Below, in pieces: positions 22,225 to 36,611 of a stretch of 64,000 bases of DNA. How positions within the stretch are numbered: position 1 is the stretch's first letter; each line of letters begins with the position of its first letter. The DNA lies in NCBI RefSeq assembly GCF_964194025.1, contig NC_134482.1, positions 31,124,001 through 31,188,000 of the forward strand, read 5' to 3'. Source of the stretch: Convolutriloba macropyga (lineage: Eukaryota). Position numbers and translations under genes: made by a program. The notes beneath the pieces were generated by a model that worked only from the letters and a program-made list of their open reading frames with translations, was not told the DNA's origin and did not search any database.

Positions 22225-23467
22225 CACTATGGTACCAAAAAGCTACATACAGCATGATTTCTGCTTTTAAAGCATGATTCGTGCTTCATAAGCATGATTT
22301 GCGACAAGGCGTGAAAAAAGGTGTGAAATTTAAAAGTTTTAAGAGATATTTCATTCTCACTTCCTCCGCTTAAACAGAAAAGATGGTTAAACCGCTTTGT
22401 TCTTATACCGTTTGCCAAGTTGTTACGCTAAGAGATGTCGGATTTTCATGGTCTAAAATACAAAAGCAACTCAATTTAAAATCAAGATCCAGTGCACAGT
22501 ATGCATACAGCCGTTACCTGAATCACAACAGTTTCGAGGACCAAAAATCGAGCGGAAGACCCCCCAAATTGTCAAAAAAAATCAGAAAAAAAGTTAGTTG
22601 CCGATGTTTTGAAAGATCCCAAAACCTCACTTCGTGTGGCTCATAACGCTTTCTCTTGCTACGATACAATTTCCAGAGGTACAGTTAGACGAATTCTCAA
22701 AAAATATGGCGTTTTTTCAAGAAATGCTGCAAAAAAAGTCAGTTTGAAGAATAAAAGCAAGTGTTTTTGTTCAAAATGGTGTATCAATATGCTCAAGAAG
22801 CCGTTCTCTTTCTGGCAGAATGTGGTTTTTACTGATGAAACAAGAGTGCGCATCTCCAGCGACGGAATTGTTTGAGTTTTTCGAAGAAATGGAACGAGAT
22901 TTCTTGAAAAGAACACAAAAAATTTGAGTTCGGACAAACGATTACTTATGTTTTGGGGTGCAATACGATCAGATGGACGGAAATTGCTTGTTAAGTGTCC
23001 AAACAAGCTAAACGCTGTCGGTTATTTGGAAATTTTTAAAATTTACGAAGAAAAATGCATTTCCTGGACCTTATTTTTCAGCAAGATAATGCTCCTGTGC
23101 ATAAATCGAAGATTATCGGCAATTTCTTCCAAGAAAACGAGTGGGAAGTACTGGAATGGCCAGCATACAGTCCAGATCTGAATCCTATTGAAAACTTATG
23201 GGCGATTTTGAAGCAGCAATTATGAAAACAGACAGTTTTTTGGGAAAATTTAGAAGAAAAAGTGTGAAATTTGGAAAGAAATTGACGCAGACGTCGTGAG
23301 AAACCTATATGAAAACTATACAAACCGTCTACTAGACGTTAAAAAAGCTAAAGGTGTAATGACGCGTTATTAGAGAACTAATTTGAACTCAAAATGTTAT
23401 ATTATTTGTTGTTTCTATTGCTTTTTTAAAAATCTTTAGGTGTACGTAGCTTTTTGGTACCATAGTG
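22225..23467 (+). mobile_element. Full-length Tc1 (DD34E) DNA transposon, transposase inactivated (22383-~23372)
   Basis: ~27-bp TIR CACTATGGTACCAAAAAGCTAC(A/G)TACA, TA target duplication; SGRPPKLS, VFTDET, FQQDNAPVH-34-SPDLNPIENLW; frameshifts and stops. Confidence 0.95.
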
Positions 23468-23858
23468 TATCTTTTGAAATCTCACTAGAGCGAGATCTTT
23501 CATCAGTTGCGTGAATATGTTTACAATTTTTGATTTTTTGCTATGACTCCTCTGACTCAAAAGTTAGTTGCGTTGAAAGTTTCGGAAAGTTAATTGAAAG
23601 TTTCTGGTTTACTTAGGACATCTATTTTTGATTTAAGGTCAGCATAAAACAATGTATCTATTACCAGTGAAGTCTTGGCCATCAATAAAGTCAGTCGAAG
23701 GCAAGCGTCAAACCTTTTTATTCACTTCAATTTCAATATTCTTTCACTTTGTTTTGCACTGCTTCTCTGCAACACAAAGGCAGCTTTTTAGCCATCTTCT
23801 CGAGTTATTAATAGTTTTGCTCAGTTATTAGTTTTGCTATATTTTTCTCCCAAATGCA

Positions 23859-23900
23859 TACATAAGTGTCTAATGTCGGACGAATTGCTCCGGAACGACT
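23859..23900 (-). mobile_element. HINE family A 3' terminus, reverse orientation
   Basis: Reverse complement GTCGTTCCGGAGCAATTCGTCCGACATTAGACACTTATGT. Confidence 0.6.
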
Positions 23901-24270
23901 GATGTCGATAGAGGCTCGCTCGCGTTGTAGCCTGCTTCAGTCGGAGGGGACTAAGCAATAAGTTGATATGGGGCTTCAAATGATGTTAGTTGATCTTATA
24001 TGGGTCACAAGTAAGATATAAATTGAAGAGATAAATTTGGCACGCTTCTTATTTCGGTTTTAGTTGTAAACTGCCGCCATTTCAGTTTAGCCCGTTTTAA
24101 TACTGAGTGGGAGCAATTCAGATCACCTAAAAATCAAGAAGTCAAAAGTCATGCAACATGTTTCAAAGAAACTCATTCTCAACATCCTATGCAATGGTCA
24201 CTTTCAAATTTTCAATTATAGTTCAATTATAGTCAAATTTTCAATTTCAATAATTTGATGTTTTTGTTTT

Positions 24271-26939
24271 TTAATAGCCGCACAGCGATAGCTGGGGCTA
24301 TTATTGGCCTTCTCTTGGTTTTTTTACGACTCGAAGAGGAGTATTGGTTTTCTCTCGGTTTTTTTTTTTTACAGGAAGTAGATTTGTTCACGCGGCATTT
24401 TGACCTAAAAGCAAAAGTGAGAAAAGCTGTCTTGGTGAACAAATTTTCGCTAAGCGAGAGAAGTTTTTTGATCATGCGCTGCGTTTAGTGAATGACTTTT
24501 TGACTTTGAAAAGTAGTTTTTGACTGAATGGCATATATAGATAACCGTTTTTAGCCGTTTTTTCGTCTAAGTGGCCAATTTTTTTTGCTTGTAATTTGGT
24601 TTTTTGTAGAAATAATTTTTATTCGATACTATATTGAGATGCCAACATCGGAGATTGATGCCACAGTGTTTTGCAGAGCCTGAATATGGGTTTCAATTTG
24701 AAAATTGGCACATATTTTTTGATTTTTTAGTTAATTTTTGACTTTTTTCTATTAATTTCTTCATTCTTAAATCTTTTAACCGTCTTTTTGTCAAAAATCA
24801 GTTCATTTGGCAACTTCACTTTGATAATTCATATACTTAACGCCTCTCTCTACCTCGGTGTATTTTTGTTTTATAAAATTGTACATATGCTAATCCGATT
24901 TTGGTAGTTTTTTCCCGATTTTTGTCAGTTTTTTGTTTGTATTTTGATTGTAATTACTAGAAATAGTCTTTTTGTGCAACATGAGGGACCTTAATTGCGT
25001 TTTAATAAAAAATCAATCATTTTTTGGAGTTCAGTTTTTGAAAAACAGTTGAAGCTTTTTCGTAAATGCAGTCTTAAAAGTTTTTTGATAATTTTTTTTT
25101 GCAAAATGTTTCAATGTTTTATATTTTTGTGTTCTGCTTTTTCCTATTTTTTTGTTCTCTTCAGGAGGATAGATTTTTGTATCGGATGACTAGTTATCTT
25201 TTCTAGGTCTCGAATGTTGAGCAGTGAACTGTATTTGTTTTTCTGGATTTTTTAAATTGATTTTTAACTTTTTAAAAAACAAGAATGCCTTTTTGTTACG
25301 GTGTTCCTTACATTGTGCTCATATTCTTAAAATTCTAGTTAGTATCATTCTAGCTTTGTCCTGGCACCTATTTTTATTTTTGGTATATTGATTTTTTCAG
25401 CTTCCATTTTTCATGAAAGCAGTATTAAAAGTTTTGACCTTTTTCTGTAAAATATTTAATGTTTCGTATGTTTGATATCTGGTTTTTCTTATTTTTTTGT
25501 TCACTTCAGGAGGATAGATCTTTATATTGGACGACTAGTTATCTTTTCTATGTCTCTAATGCTGAACAATGAATTATTTTCGTTTTTCTTGAATTTTGTT
25601 TTTTTTTATTTTTGACTTTCAAAAATCAAGAATGTGTTTTTATTACGGTGTTCCTCATATTGTGTCCATGTTCTTATCATTCTAGTAAGTATCATTTTAG
25701 TCATGTCCTGGCAGCTTTTTATGGCACATTTATTTTTGGTTGTTTCAGTTGTTAAAAAATTGAATGATTTCCGCATTTTCTTAGATTTTCGTCATTTCTT
25801 TGTTTGCAATTGATTTCATTCAACACAAGGCAGTACTGAGGGTTTGCTAGCCAGCTTTTTCCAAAAGCTCCACTTAATACTATCTACTGCAACTTCCTTC
25901 CGGCCTTGGTGTTAATTTAAACGATTTTTTGCCTTTGAACATTTTTCTGCTGCTTGTCTTTTCTAGGATTATTTTAATTTTTGAATTAGTTTTAAATCAT
26001 GTTGTCTAGCATATGCAGAACAAGGGAGAAGTATGTGCCGTTTTTTGTTTTAATTGCAGTGATTAGAACTGTAATTATAGTGGTTTTCTGATTCTTAAAT
26101 TTGAGTATTCTTTTTTTTTTTAAAAAAAAATTTAACTTAGTTTCTAAGATTGTTATCTGCCGTTTGCTTTTCTGATCTTTTTGAGATCAGAATCATGAAT
26201 TATTTGAGGGCAATTGATAGCCCTTTCAGCTGTTTTAGGCCATCAGTATTTTGACCTGCTTATCTATTTCGGATTTTTTAACGTTATCAAACATTTTCAA
26301 CAATATAAAATTTTGCTGCATTTTTTCTTGGTGACAGTGGTTTAAGTTTCACCAATTCTTAGATCAGACCAGGGGAGGTAATGAGTTAATGGTTGAATTC
26401 AAATGGTAATTGCTTCAGCTGCAAGTAGGGTTTTGTTTGTGAGGTTTTGCGGCTTCGAGTCGCTTCCGGAATTCTTCCGGCTATGTTTTTTTATTTCGTC
26501 GTCATGATTTTTGTTACGACCATATGACGTCACGGCCACTTTTTGTTCATTCGTTCATGCAATTTCAACTGAATTGCATGTGTGACGTCATTTTTCGCTC
26601 TTAGTGGAGCGATTTTTTTTGTTCATGCCCGTGATTAAATTTTTGGTCACACTTGACTTACCTCACTCTCAAAAATGACTTCCTCACTTTGAAATTGACT
26701 TTTATTTACTTTAATTCAAAGAGATAAGGTCAAATGGGTGCGTGTCACTCTAAATGAAGGTTATTTGAGATCAGCTAATAGAGGCAGCAATAACTTATAC
26801 AGATTTTAATCAAAATATAACAGATCGGCCTTCAATCAAAAGACGAATTTTTTTTTGGTCTGTCTTTTTTTACTGTTTGTTTAGACGGCCGATCTACGAA
26901 TCTATTGCGGCTATTTTCTGGCAATCTGCCAGCTATGTT
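24271..26939 (+). mobile_element. HINE family B composite: 5' end at 24271, 3' ends at 26487 and 26939
   Basis: 5' AATAGCCGCA...TGGGGCTATT IR; 3' TTGCGGCTATT + hairpin CTGGCA-ATC-TGCCAG + CTATGTT; second end CCGGAATTCTTCCGG + CTATGTT. Continuity of the interior is inferred. Confidence 0.5.
25095..25725. repeat. Diverged tandem duplication, period ~345 bp
   Basis: TTCAGGAGGATAGAT...GACTAGTTATCTTTTCTA at 25160 and 25505, collinear for ~280 bp. Confidence 0.85.
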
Positions 26940-27467
26940 CATTGTTTTGTTTTGATTGTGTATTAGGTTCCTGCCAATCAAGGCCACCCACACAAACGAG
27001 TATTAGTATTTTGGTTTAAAATTCTATGCCTGAAAAGCGTTCAAATATTTTATGACATCACAAGCTATGTTTTTGACCCGAAGACTTAATAAAGTCTGCC
27101 AGCTGATGTTTTCTGGATTTTCAAAAGAAGTACCAGGGCGTTGAGAATTTATTTCATTTTTTCGGTACTACTGCCTCTAATTGCATAAATTTTGCCGTTT
27201 TCTTTACAATTTGTTTCGTTTCTGATTGAAGCGTAAGTAAACTTACTGTGCCTAAGTTTTTTTTCTTGCCCCGGTGTGATGATATTGTCCTTAAGGTATG
27301 TGCTAATCGGTCTTTCTGTTTTACTGAACACTATGAATTTTGTTCTCACCGCGTGCGGTTTTCGAATTGAGAACCGCGCGATGTTGGCTCTCATCGTGCG
27401 GTTGAGAGAGATTTTGGCTACGATGTTTCCACGTATTTCCTGCCGCTTTCAGCTCCATTGATTTCAG

Positions 27468-27523
27468 GTGAATACAAAAAGAGAGTGAGAGAAACAGTTA
27501 GGTGGAGTCAGGAGGAACTCTGA
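27468..27523 (+). CDS. UBE2G1: Ubiquitin-conjugating enzyme E2 G1-like, exon 3
   Basis: TTTCAG|GEYKKRVRETVRWSQEEL*, phase-compatible with exon 2; AATAAA at 27712. Confidence 0.85.
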
Positions 27524-30334
27524 CGTCACAAATCCACTCTTCTCCCCTATTCCACCCACACCCGGACCCTATTATTACTTTCCGAAACCCAAACAGCCCA
27601 TTTCAACCCAACCCCGCCTACTCTTTCTCTCTTTCAAACCTCAATGGCAATTATCCCCTCGCAGATTAAGGTGCCTGTTCTAGCTTTTGTAGCTCTCTCG
27701 ATTAAAAGATGAATAAAATACACAACGCAACAATTCAACAACAACTTTAGACCAAACTAAACTGTGTGTAGGCTAAACTGTGTTTACTCATTACAACAGT
27801 TTACATTAATTAACCTGTAAAAATTGTAATAACTAATGACTACCAGAAGACTTTGGTGTTACCAACTTTACATTGCAATTGTTGATGCCTTAGAGATTGA
27901 AACTGTTTCTTGAACTGGTTCTTTTTCTGTTGTAATCCAGATTTTTTCCACTTATAGTTTTACCAAAAAATCAGCAATTGTTTTGAATTTTTTTGCAAGT
28001 CTCAAAATTTGTCAGCTTAGAGTTGGAATAATGGAAGAATTTTTGCGGAAACAGTTTTTTTAAAAAAATGCACCGTTAATTGAGTCTGATTGAATCTTTT
28101 TTGTCCTGAACAAAAACAAATTGTTTCACGTCCAGTTATTAAAAAATCTGAACAAAAGTTGAATTATGACAAAAATGTTTTGCCTTTTATTGAAGTGGTG
28201 TAAATGATGATCTCTGCTGATGGTATGTACTTGACCAAAGTAACAAAGCCTTTTTGTCTCTTTATTTTTTCATAAAGTCATTATATTTGCTGCCGCTGCT
28301 TCATGTCAACTTTTAACTATGGTTATGAATTATAACAATGGTAATGATTGAAAAAGTGCTAACTTGTTTCTCCAAAACTTTCTTTGTTAACAAAAGTTGA
28401 TAACGAGTATTTGAAGATTGAAATCATTGCGAACTAGCGCCTCTAACTTTAAATAACATTGCGCTAACTCGTGGAATTTGGCGGCAAAAAAAAAACATTG
28501 TATAATTAGTAATCAGCATATTGGCCCTTTGTTGCCATATCTCACGCTGTAAGGCTCTTTTTAAATTTATAAAGATACGTTTTTTGGAAATAAAAGGGAA
28601 AATAGACCAAATGGTGAACTTTATTTGGTAGGGCGCCGGCTCATAAGGATCGTTGCTTCACGGCTGAAGTTTTGGAGGCTAAATTCAAAATGTGGCTTAG
28701 TTTTACCTTGTATCGTTCAAAGCATTGATTCGGACTTGTCACAACGCAAGTATAATTTCAGCGAGGCTCACTTGTAATGAATTTTTGTCTATCACTATAC
28801 TGAAATTATTAGAGAAATAATCCTAAAACCATGTTTATGATAGAACTTTACCGAATCTTTGCTGTAATTACTGTTATTTTCCCTTGATGAGTTTGATCAG
28901 TGACTTCATGCAATGAATTCAATAGAGAGAACTTTCTATCAGAGTAAGATTAACATCCTCATAATGACAATTAGAACTGTGTATGTTGCGATGAATACGA
29001 TAGAATGTCCTCTTAAACTTGAATTTCAACTCTATGACTACAAAACAGACGGAGCATCGATTGAAGTTAGCTGTAATTACAATATTTATATTACTGGTTC
29101 TTGTTTTGTTATCGGTGCTATTTTCTTAACTTTCTTATATCATTTTCATTTGAATTATTTCATGTGCTTTGGCAAGTCATGTCAGAAGTTTTCACATGTT
29201 TTTTTTTCATCAAGCGATGAGTTAAGATAGCAGAAGCTATTAGTCAGATTGTCCTCAAGTAAGAACAGATATATGCATCCTCATGTACTATCAATCACCT
29301 GGGTATTCACTGTCAATTCACGAGGTAAATAGTTGCGGGATTTTACTTTAACGTTTATTTTTAGCCGTTATTTTAAAATTTGCGTCATTTAATTTTTCGA
29401 TAATTTCATTATACTCCGAAAAAATTACAGTGAGTGTTTTCTACGGTGTTAGCTATAAAGGTTAACTATTAGGCTTTCCATCTCATTTTTCTTGGCTTTC
29501 TGGTCTACGTTCGTTCGGCTCTACGGCGTCCTCTGCTAATGGGCGGCAGTTTTACAAAATCCAGAAAAATGCATTTCAATTGCAATAAGGTGATTTTTAA
29601 CAAAAAAGTAGGCTCATGCTTTGTGCGCGGCAAAGAATGCTTCGCTATTGCTATTTCGTTACACTCATTGCATTCCATCAGAAAGATATCGTAAGACGTT
29701 CTCATACGCTCAACATTTATCTTGAGCAAGCCTGATTTTTTGGCCTGATGAGGTTTTCTTAAAATTTAGTATGTTTACGAAACAAAGAAAAACTGATCAC
29801 CAGACCACGATATTTTTTTAGTTTTTCTATGACACTGCTATTGTTCAAAGCGAAGAGCAATGTTTGTTTGTGATGTAAGCTGAGCCTTGCTATGTTGCGG
29901 TGCTCTTTGTTACAATACAAAGAATTTCGATTGTATTGTGGTGCTGTGTTCTTACAACACTCGCAGACGAGTTATGTTGAGCAGGTTTTTTATATCGGTA
30001 AAAGCTGGTCGTGGAAACAAGCGTTTAGTCAGTCGGCTAAACACAGGTAGAAAAGAACAGCGACTTTGGTTTTCCAAAGTGATGTTTGTTAACAACAACT
30101 GCAGGATTTGACAGCAAATGTTATTTTCTCGCATATTAACCAATAGTTGTTCTGGTGATATTTTTGACCTCTGGTTTTAATTTTTAAATCTCTGAATGGT
30201 GTAATTTTGAGCCCTTATTCCTACTATTCTTTGTTATTGTGCTTCTCTGAGTCGAATTTGTTTTTCAATCGTTTTCATGCCAGTGTAATATATGGATTAT
30301 ACTCAGGACAGTCATCAGAATTTTTGATGAATTA

Positions 30335-30445
30335 TTAATTGCTCTCAAATGAAGTTGGCAAACATATTAGTCCTGTTGGTCTTTTTTGCGACTTTTCGTA
30401 CTACCGACTTCTCGTCTTTAAGTTTCCGTTTCACCAAAACTGTTT
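30335..30445 (+). mobile_element. HINE family A2 5' fragment
   Basis: TTAATTGCTCTCAAATGAAGTT...ATTAGTCCTGTTGGTCTTTTTTGCGA matches 14281. Confidence 0.65.
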
Positions 30446-33400
30446 GCTGCTTTTTCGTTCATTTAAACTGTGCTTTATCAGTGTCCCTATTTTTCATTGT
30501 TTTTATCAATCATCCTGAATCAATTAATTAATGAAAAAACTTATCAGCTCAAAGATTCTGGCTGTTGTTTAGGTTGGATTTTCTTTCGGATTTGCCTGGT
30601 AATGTTCCGTTAACGAAATTTTACAGAATTAGATGTCAGCGCTGAGTGGTGACGCTAAATTCTGTGAGGATGTTTACAGAGCATAACCAGAATAATCCGA
30701 AAACAACTCGAAAAAAAATCGTTGAGATCAAAATCATCGAAAGTAAGTTTTAATTCAAAGTATTATAACTATGCACCATTATTCATTTGAAGGATATACT
30801 ATTCACCTGAAATGATAAAAGCAACGGAAATTGAGCTAACGACAAAATTTGCTATTTTTGCAATCCTCTGGTATCAAATTGATTTAACTGAAGCTTGTAA
30901 TTAGTTTTCTGAAGTGCCAACGCATCAAAAGGCCAAACGCCTGTCATTGCAAATTCATTTGTGAAATTGTGATTTGAAACTGTTCAAACCAAAAAGTTAA
31001 TACTGAACACATCAAGCTGTCACGTCTTTACAAACTGAGTATCAAAACTTGCGTCGTATGTTTTGACAAAAAGGTTTTTCAAATTTTGCTGCTTGATGAT
31101 TTATTGATGATTAAGATTTCAACCCCTTTTATTCAATGTTTGATTAAAATTCATATTGATATTGATTAAAGCATATTTTAAGTTGTAATTTCCACAAAGA
31201 TGACAACCAATAAAAATCGATTGAATGAAATTAATTTTGTGCGATACTGTTCATAAAAGTTTGAAGAATACTACTAGCTACAATACAAGTGTCTGATGTG
31301 GGCTCAAATTTTTAATGCGTCAGTAAAAATACTTTTAACTAATGCTTAAAAACCACAATCATTATCTTAACACATGTTCTCATTGTACATCCGCGGTGCT
31401 TTTTAAAATTAGAATTTTGCATATTTAATAAACTCGGAAATTGGATAGAAAATGCGAAAATTTAAGAGAGTTTAGCAAAAAAAAACTCACAAAACGCACT
31501 TTTTTATGATACCTGCGTTCTAATTTTTCTTATCTCTAAGAATCTTGCACTTTGATTTTGTTAAAGGTTTAAGCCATCAATGAGCCTAACCGAGCGTACA
31601 GAACCCATCTAAATCCAACTTTTCAAATCAAAATGTAAATTAATACGGAACCATGAAAAAGAGCTTTCTTTCTATCATCCGTTAAATCAGTTCAATTTTT
31701 GCCTTTTTTGTAGCTGATGATAAAAAATTTTCTAGGACAATGTTATTTTCCGCAATTCTCTTTTCGAATCTCAAATAATTGGCTAAGTTGTGCATTATTT
31801 TGATTTTTAGCGACTGGATATTTCTTACCCTGGGTTCTCTAAGCTATTTTCTTGGAAACTTCTGAAGTTGAACTGTCTTTTTTAAAGCCTGATTTTGCGG
31901 TCTAAGTTTAAATTAGAATATGAATCTGAACTTGAAATTAGTTTTGAAAATTAGGTGTTTTAAATATTTGAGAAAGAAACAAAATGGAGATTTCATTAGA
32001 GCAGGAGGGTTCAAAATTTAGAATAGGTAGGGCAAGAAACTTAGACAAAGTCCGTCAATAGATGCTGTGAAAGCGTATTTATATGGAGAACGCGTTTTCC
32101 TCGTGAACTTCATCGACTTAATTATAAACCATTTGACACAGTTGAGCTTCCTTGCGGTTTGAGTTTTTGTGGTGATTCTCTAATTAAAATTGAACAAATC
32201 AGGTCAAAGAAAAGTCCATCTTAAAAATGCGTCAAATAATCATGTTCAACTAAATTGTAGCTAGGTGATAAACAGTACGCCAAAGTGAATGATCTTTAGA
32301 TACTTTTTAGTGTTAACTAGAATACTGTTTTTTGAGATAACGCATTACTCCTAAATTAAAACGAGGAGTAGGTCTGAGTGAAGCTTAAATGAAGATAATC
32401 AAAAAAAGAAAATTTAAAGAACATAATGTGAAATAATCTTGACAAATTTTGCCAATAACAGCTTTTTCATTAAATCAACTGCCTAATGATTCAATATTTA
32501 ATTAAAAGCGCATATTGTGACCTGCAGTCAATTTAACGGCTGTAAAGTCATGTACGTCTGTAAATTATTAAAAGATTTACAGTCTAAGTGTCCTATCTAT
32601 ATCCCTTTAGTTGTTTTAACTGAGTAAATATGACTTGGTTGCCCAAATCTACGAAAATAAAAAATCTGTATCTCACCCCATTATCCACAGCGTAGTGGGT
32701 ATATGCAGTATAGCCCCTTATATGCCGAAATTTATCAATGGGGGTTGCAATTTTGAAAAGTGGGAAAAGTCTATTGGATTGAGATCTATGAACTATAGAA
32801 TTACAATGGCTGTTGCGTTGTTTATGAAACTGCTGGTCAATCTGACCGCTTACCAAAATTGATCTTGTAATGGAAGGTAATCGATTGTAAAAACCATTAA
32901 CAAAAAATTGTCCTTGCAAATTAAACCCAGCTGTCCTCCAAATTGAACCCAAATTAAAAAATTCTGTACCATTTTGAGATTCCGAATTTGGTATGTCAGT
33001 TTCTGTAGAATTTTCGATGGCTATGTCAACTCAGAGAACGACTGGCATCATATGAGGCATTACGGACTCCATTTCAGGGAATTAAAAAAAAACGTCGACA
33101 TAATTATCCCTATTTAGTCAAGGGTTCAGAACAGACATGTGAAACCATGTTAGCAGTAGAAAAAAATCTCGAAACCTACCGATAATTGAAATTTGCTAAT
33201 TTTGCCTTATAAGCTGACATATAGTGAAATAGTGAATATTGAGGCACAAATACTTCAGCAATAAATTACTGGTTACTGTCCCTTGTTTCGCTAATTAATT
33301 TTAATGGTTGTACAGTTCAAGTTCTTTGGAAATTATCAAATTTTCTCTCTGATGAACGAATTTCCTAATTAAAGAAATTTTGTTGGAGTTGCAGTTAAAG

Positions 33401-34588
33401 CCAGTTCCTCATAGCGGCATAAACGAAGCCTAGCAAAGAATGGTATTGGTGTTACTGAAGACAACAAACAAATAAAGCAAATAAAGCTTATCTTTTAAAT
33501 GTCAGCTTATCTTTTAAATTGCGCAAGATTTACGAAATCGAAGTTGCCTTTGAACCATCCCCTTTTCAGGGGAGGTTTGTAAGAAACTTGCAATTTGGTT
33601 GACAGTTATTAGAAGTTATCTTTACCAATTCACTAGATGCCGGTATCCTAAATATGATGTTTAACTTTAGTTTTTAACCAAATCTCGTTAAAATTTGTTT
33701 GATTCTTTTTGGATTTATTTTGGTATTATGAGCAAAACAAATTGTTGAACAGCAAAGACGAACGATTAGTTAGTGATTGATCATCAAGTAATGCAACGGT
33801 AACCTTCTCTATAGTGGATAATACATTTCACAAAAGCTATGTGATTTGAAACCGCTGAAATGAATGGGGAGGTGTAGAGTTTTCTTTGCGATTGACAGAA
33901 CAGCCGTTACAATAAAATTTTGCCTACTAAGCTGGGGAGAATAGATCCGCAACTTTACCTCTTTTAGAATATTCGTTTACAATTTAAATTTGTTTCAAAC
34001 AAAATTTTTACAATTTCATAATTAAGTACTTAGATCAAGTTGTAAATGAAATCTTTTTTTGGACAATGCATTAATAATTTTTTTGACCTGGGTTGCGAGC
34101 TCACCTTTTCAGGAAAAAGACACTTTGGTAAAATTCTATATTTAAAACTAATTGTGGGAACTTCAAACGGGAAAAGGTGCGTGGAATTATAGCTCGTTGC
34201 CACTAAACCCCATCGTTTGCAAGTTTATATGTAACCGCATACGTAATTATGTCCAGCCTGATCGAAGTTTTGGCAGTTTTCCGTTGGAAGTCGTAAGGTC
34301 AACCCACCAAATCTTTTCAACTTGATAACACCTGTCTCATTTGAAGCAAATTTTGCGTTATGAGTTTTGCAAGATTTCTGATCAAGTTGAATAGATTTTA
34401 GGTGGGACTGACGCTATCTGGATATCCTCTGCAGGTACACTTGGCAACGTCTACAATTTGGAGAAGCTCAAATCTATCAACTTACAGTCAATCAATAAAT
34501 ATAAAATTGAAAACAAATGGAAATTTCGTTGGTGCTGAGGATTTTGTCCTGGCTTGAGGATTTTACTTCCTGGGTTGAGGATTTTGTC

Positions 34589-35090
34589 AAAATTTATGTA
34601 AGAAATGCGCTGAAAACCGCTAAAAAATATTTTTCAGCATAAGCATTACATAAACATTACAGCAAAACTTTACATAAAAATCCGCTTAATCTGCTGAATT
34701 TTCAGCATCTTTCTTACATAATTTCAGCACTTCTCAGCACATTAAGCGGATAATTAGGTAAGGTTTATCCACTGAAGAATATATTTTTCAGCCGCTATGA
34801 GCGCATTTCTTACATAATTGTTTAGTAATTTCAGCACTTATCTCTTCAGAAATGCAAAAGATGGAGGAGGACTGTACATACTGACTACGTTATAAGCAAT
34901 AGTGAGCAATAAAATTGCACGTAAGAAAGACGCTAAATCCGCTGAATTTGGAATTTCCACAAGTTCTGAAAATATGTAAGAACAATGCTGATTCAAATGC
35001 TAATTTTAGGTAAGAAATGTGATGAAATATGTTTTTCAGCGGATTCAGCTCAAATCTTACATAATTTTTGCACATTCAGCAGATTTTTTA
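34589..35090. repeat. MITE-like element built from inverted TTATGTAAGAAAT...GCTGAA motifs
   Basis: TTATGTAAGAAATGCGCTGAA at ~34594 with inverted copies (TTCTTACATAATT) at ~34711, 34807 and 35055. Confidence 0.55.
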
Positions 35091-35226
35091 CAAAAATACC
35101 TCTTTAGTGCTGACCCCTCGACCCGGGTTGCTCCTAAAGAATAGGCAACTTAACCTTTATTTTTGTCACTGGAAGGGAGGGGGCCTAAATTTCAAGTTTT
35201 CTGAGATTGTTTCGATTGGTTACATA

Positions 35227-35384
35227 TTAGCAGAAGTACATGTATCTAAAATCATCGAAGGTCACTCGATCATCCCCTGCGGACGAGGCTTCCACCATCA
35301 TTTCTCTGACCTTCTCATCTGGCAGTTTGATTGACAACATCTTCAGGATCTGTTTCAAGTCATTGAATGTCACGTAGCCCTGCT
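35227..35384 (-). CDS. Calmodulin-like paralog 1, exon 4 (151 aa total)
   Basis: TTTCAG|EQGYVTFNDLKQILKMLSIKLPDEKVREMMVEASSAGDDRVTFDDFRYMYFC*; exon lengths sum to 456 nt, in frame. Confidence 0.88.
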
Positions 35385-36611
35385 CTGAAACCAATCAGTG
35401 TTGAGGATGACGTTGCAGAAAGTTTGAAGAAACTTCAAGATTCAGTCTCAGATAAGTCTGACAAAAATCATGTATAAATAAATGGTTAAATGGTTTTTCA
35501 TGTAACTGAGCATTTCATCGAGTACTTTTCAACACATGAAGTTGCTTAACAAAAAAATTTCTCAGATTGATCCTGTAACAAATTAACCTTGGATAGTCAG
35601 TGGGATGCTCGTTAATGACTGTTATCTTTACCTAAGTCTCATCGGTTTTGAAAGACAACATTTTCAATAATTTATTGTGCTGTGTTATTTCTTGTATACA
35701 TTTGTATGGTTGTTAAATAATAGCGTACAGAGATGTGGTTTATACCCGAATTGATCATCGATGTTAAGTGGCACGACAAAACTCATTTACGGCAGTGAAG
35801 CAGAAGCTTCGAAGGTCATGAAAAATCAAAGTTAAAGTTATCTTTTACACTGATGATGAACATGAACTCATAAATTAAAACTAAACAATAAAGAAAACGG
35901 TTGGGGTTAAAGAATTACGGGCCGTATACACTCCGACAAGGAACAGCAAAATTTAGGAAATAACTTTATCAAAAGTAAACATTATTAATTCGCATTAAAA
36001 ATTCAATTTTACTGCTTCAAAAGTTTCACGAGCTTGAGTGAGTGGCATTTGTCAATATATCGAAAAAAAATTAATTCGTTGTCCGCAGCTATCGCAGAAG
36101 AAGCATCATTGTCAATTTCAGACAATTTACCCAACTTCACTGCCGAACGTTGCTGGTTAGTGATTAAAAGTTGTCGTTACTTTTGTCATTCAATTGATGA
36201 GGTCTAATGTAATGCTTATTGACAATTCGATAGGCATTTTGGTAACTGTAATTGTGATAAATAGGGTTGAAGTTGTTTAGATCGTATTCCATTTTGTCGC
36301 AGGAGCTTTGGTCGTTACTGTTTGTTTAGAAAGACTGAGATGTTGAGTGGTTGAAGTTTTCTTGTAGATTTACTATACCGTGTTTTTTCCGGTGTTGAGA
36401 TCTTGCGATACTCTCAGCTTCGAACTCACTTCTCTGCAAAATCCTAAAATCATCTCGATGGAGTGTAGTGTTGAGTGATGAAATCCGTTGAACCTATCAA
36501 AATATTATCAAATGGTTTCATTGCAGAGTCCTCTCTCATGTCCCTTAAAGCACTTGATAAGCACGTTCTCATCTCCAACCAGATGTTGGCGGTTAGCTAA
36601 AGACTTGTCGA

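Noticed and set aside
27800-34500. Possible genes in the long intergenic stretch (ORFs at 28913, 29505, 32593)
   Set aside because: No conserved motifs or consistent exon chain recognised; small divergent exons could have been missed.
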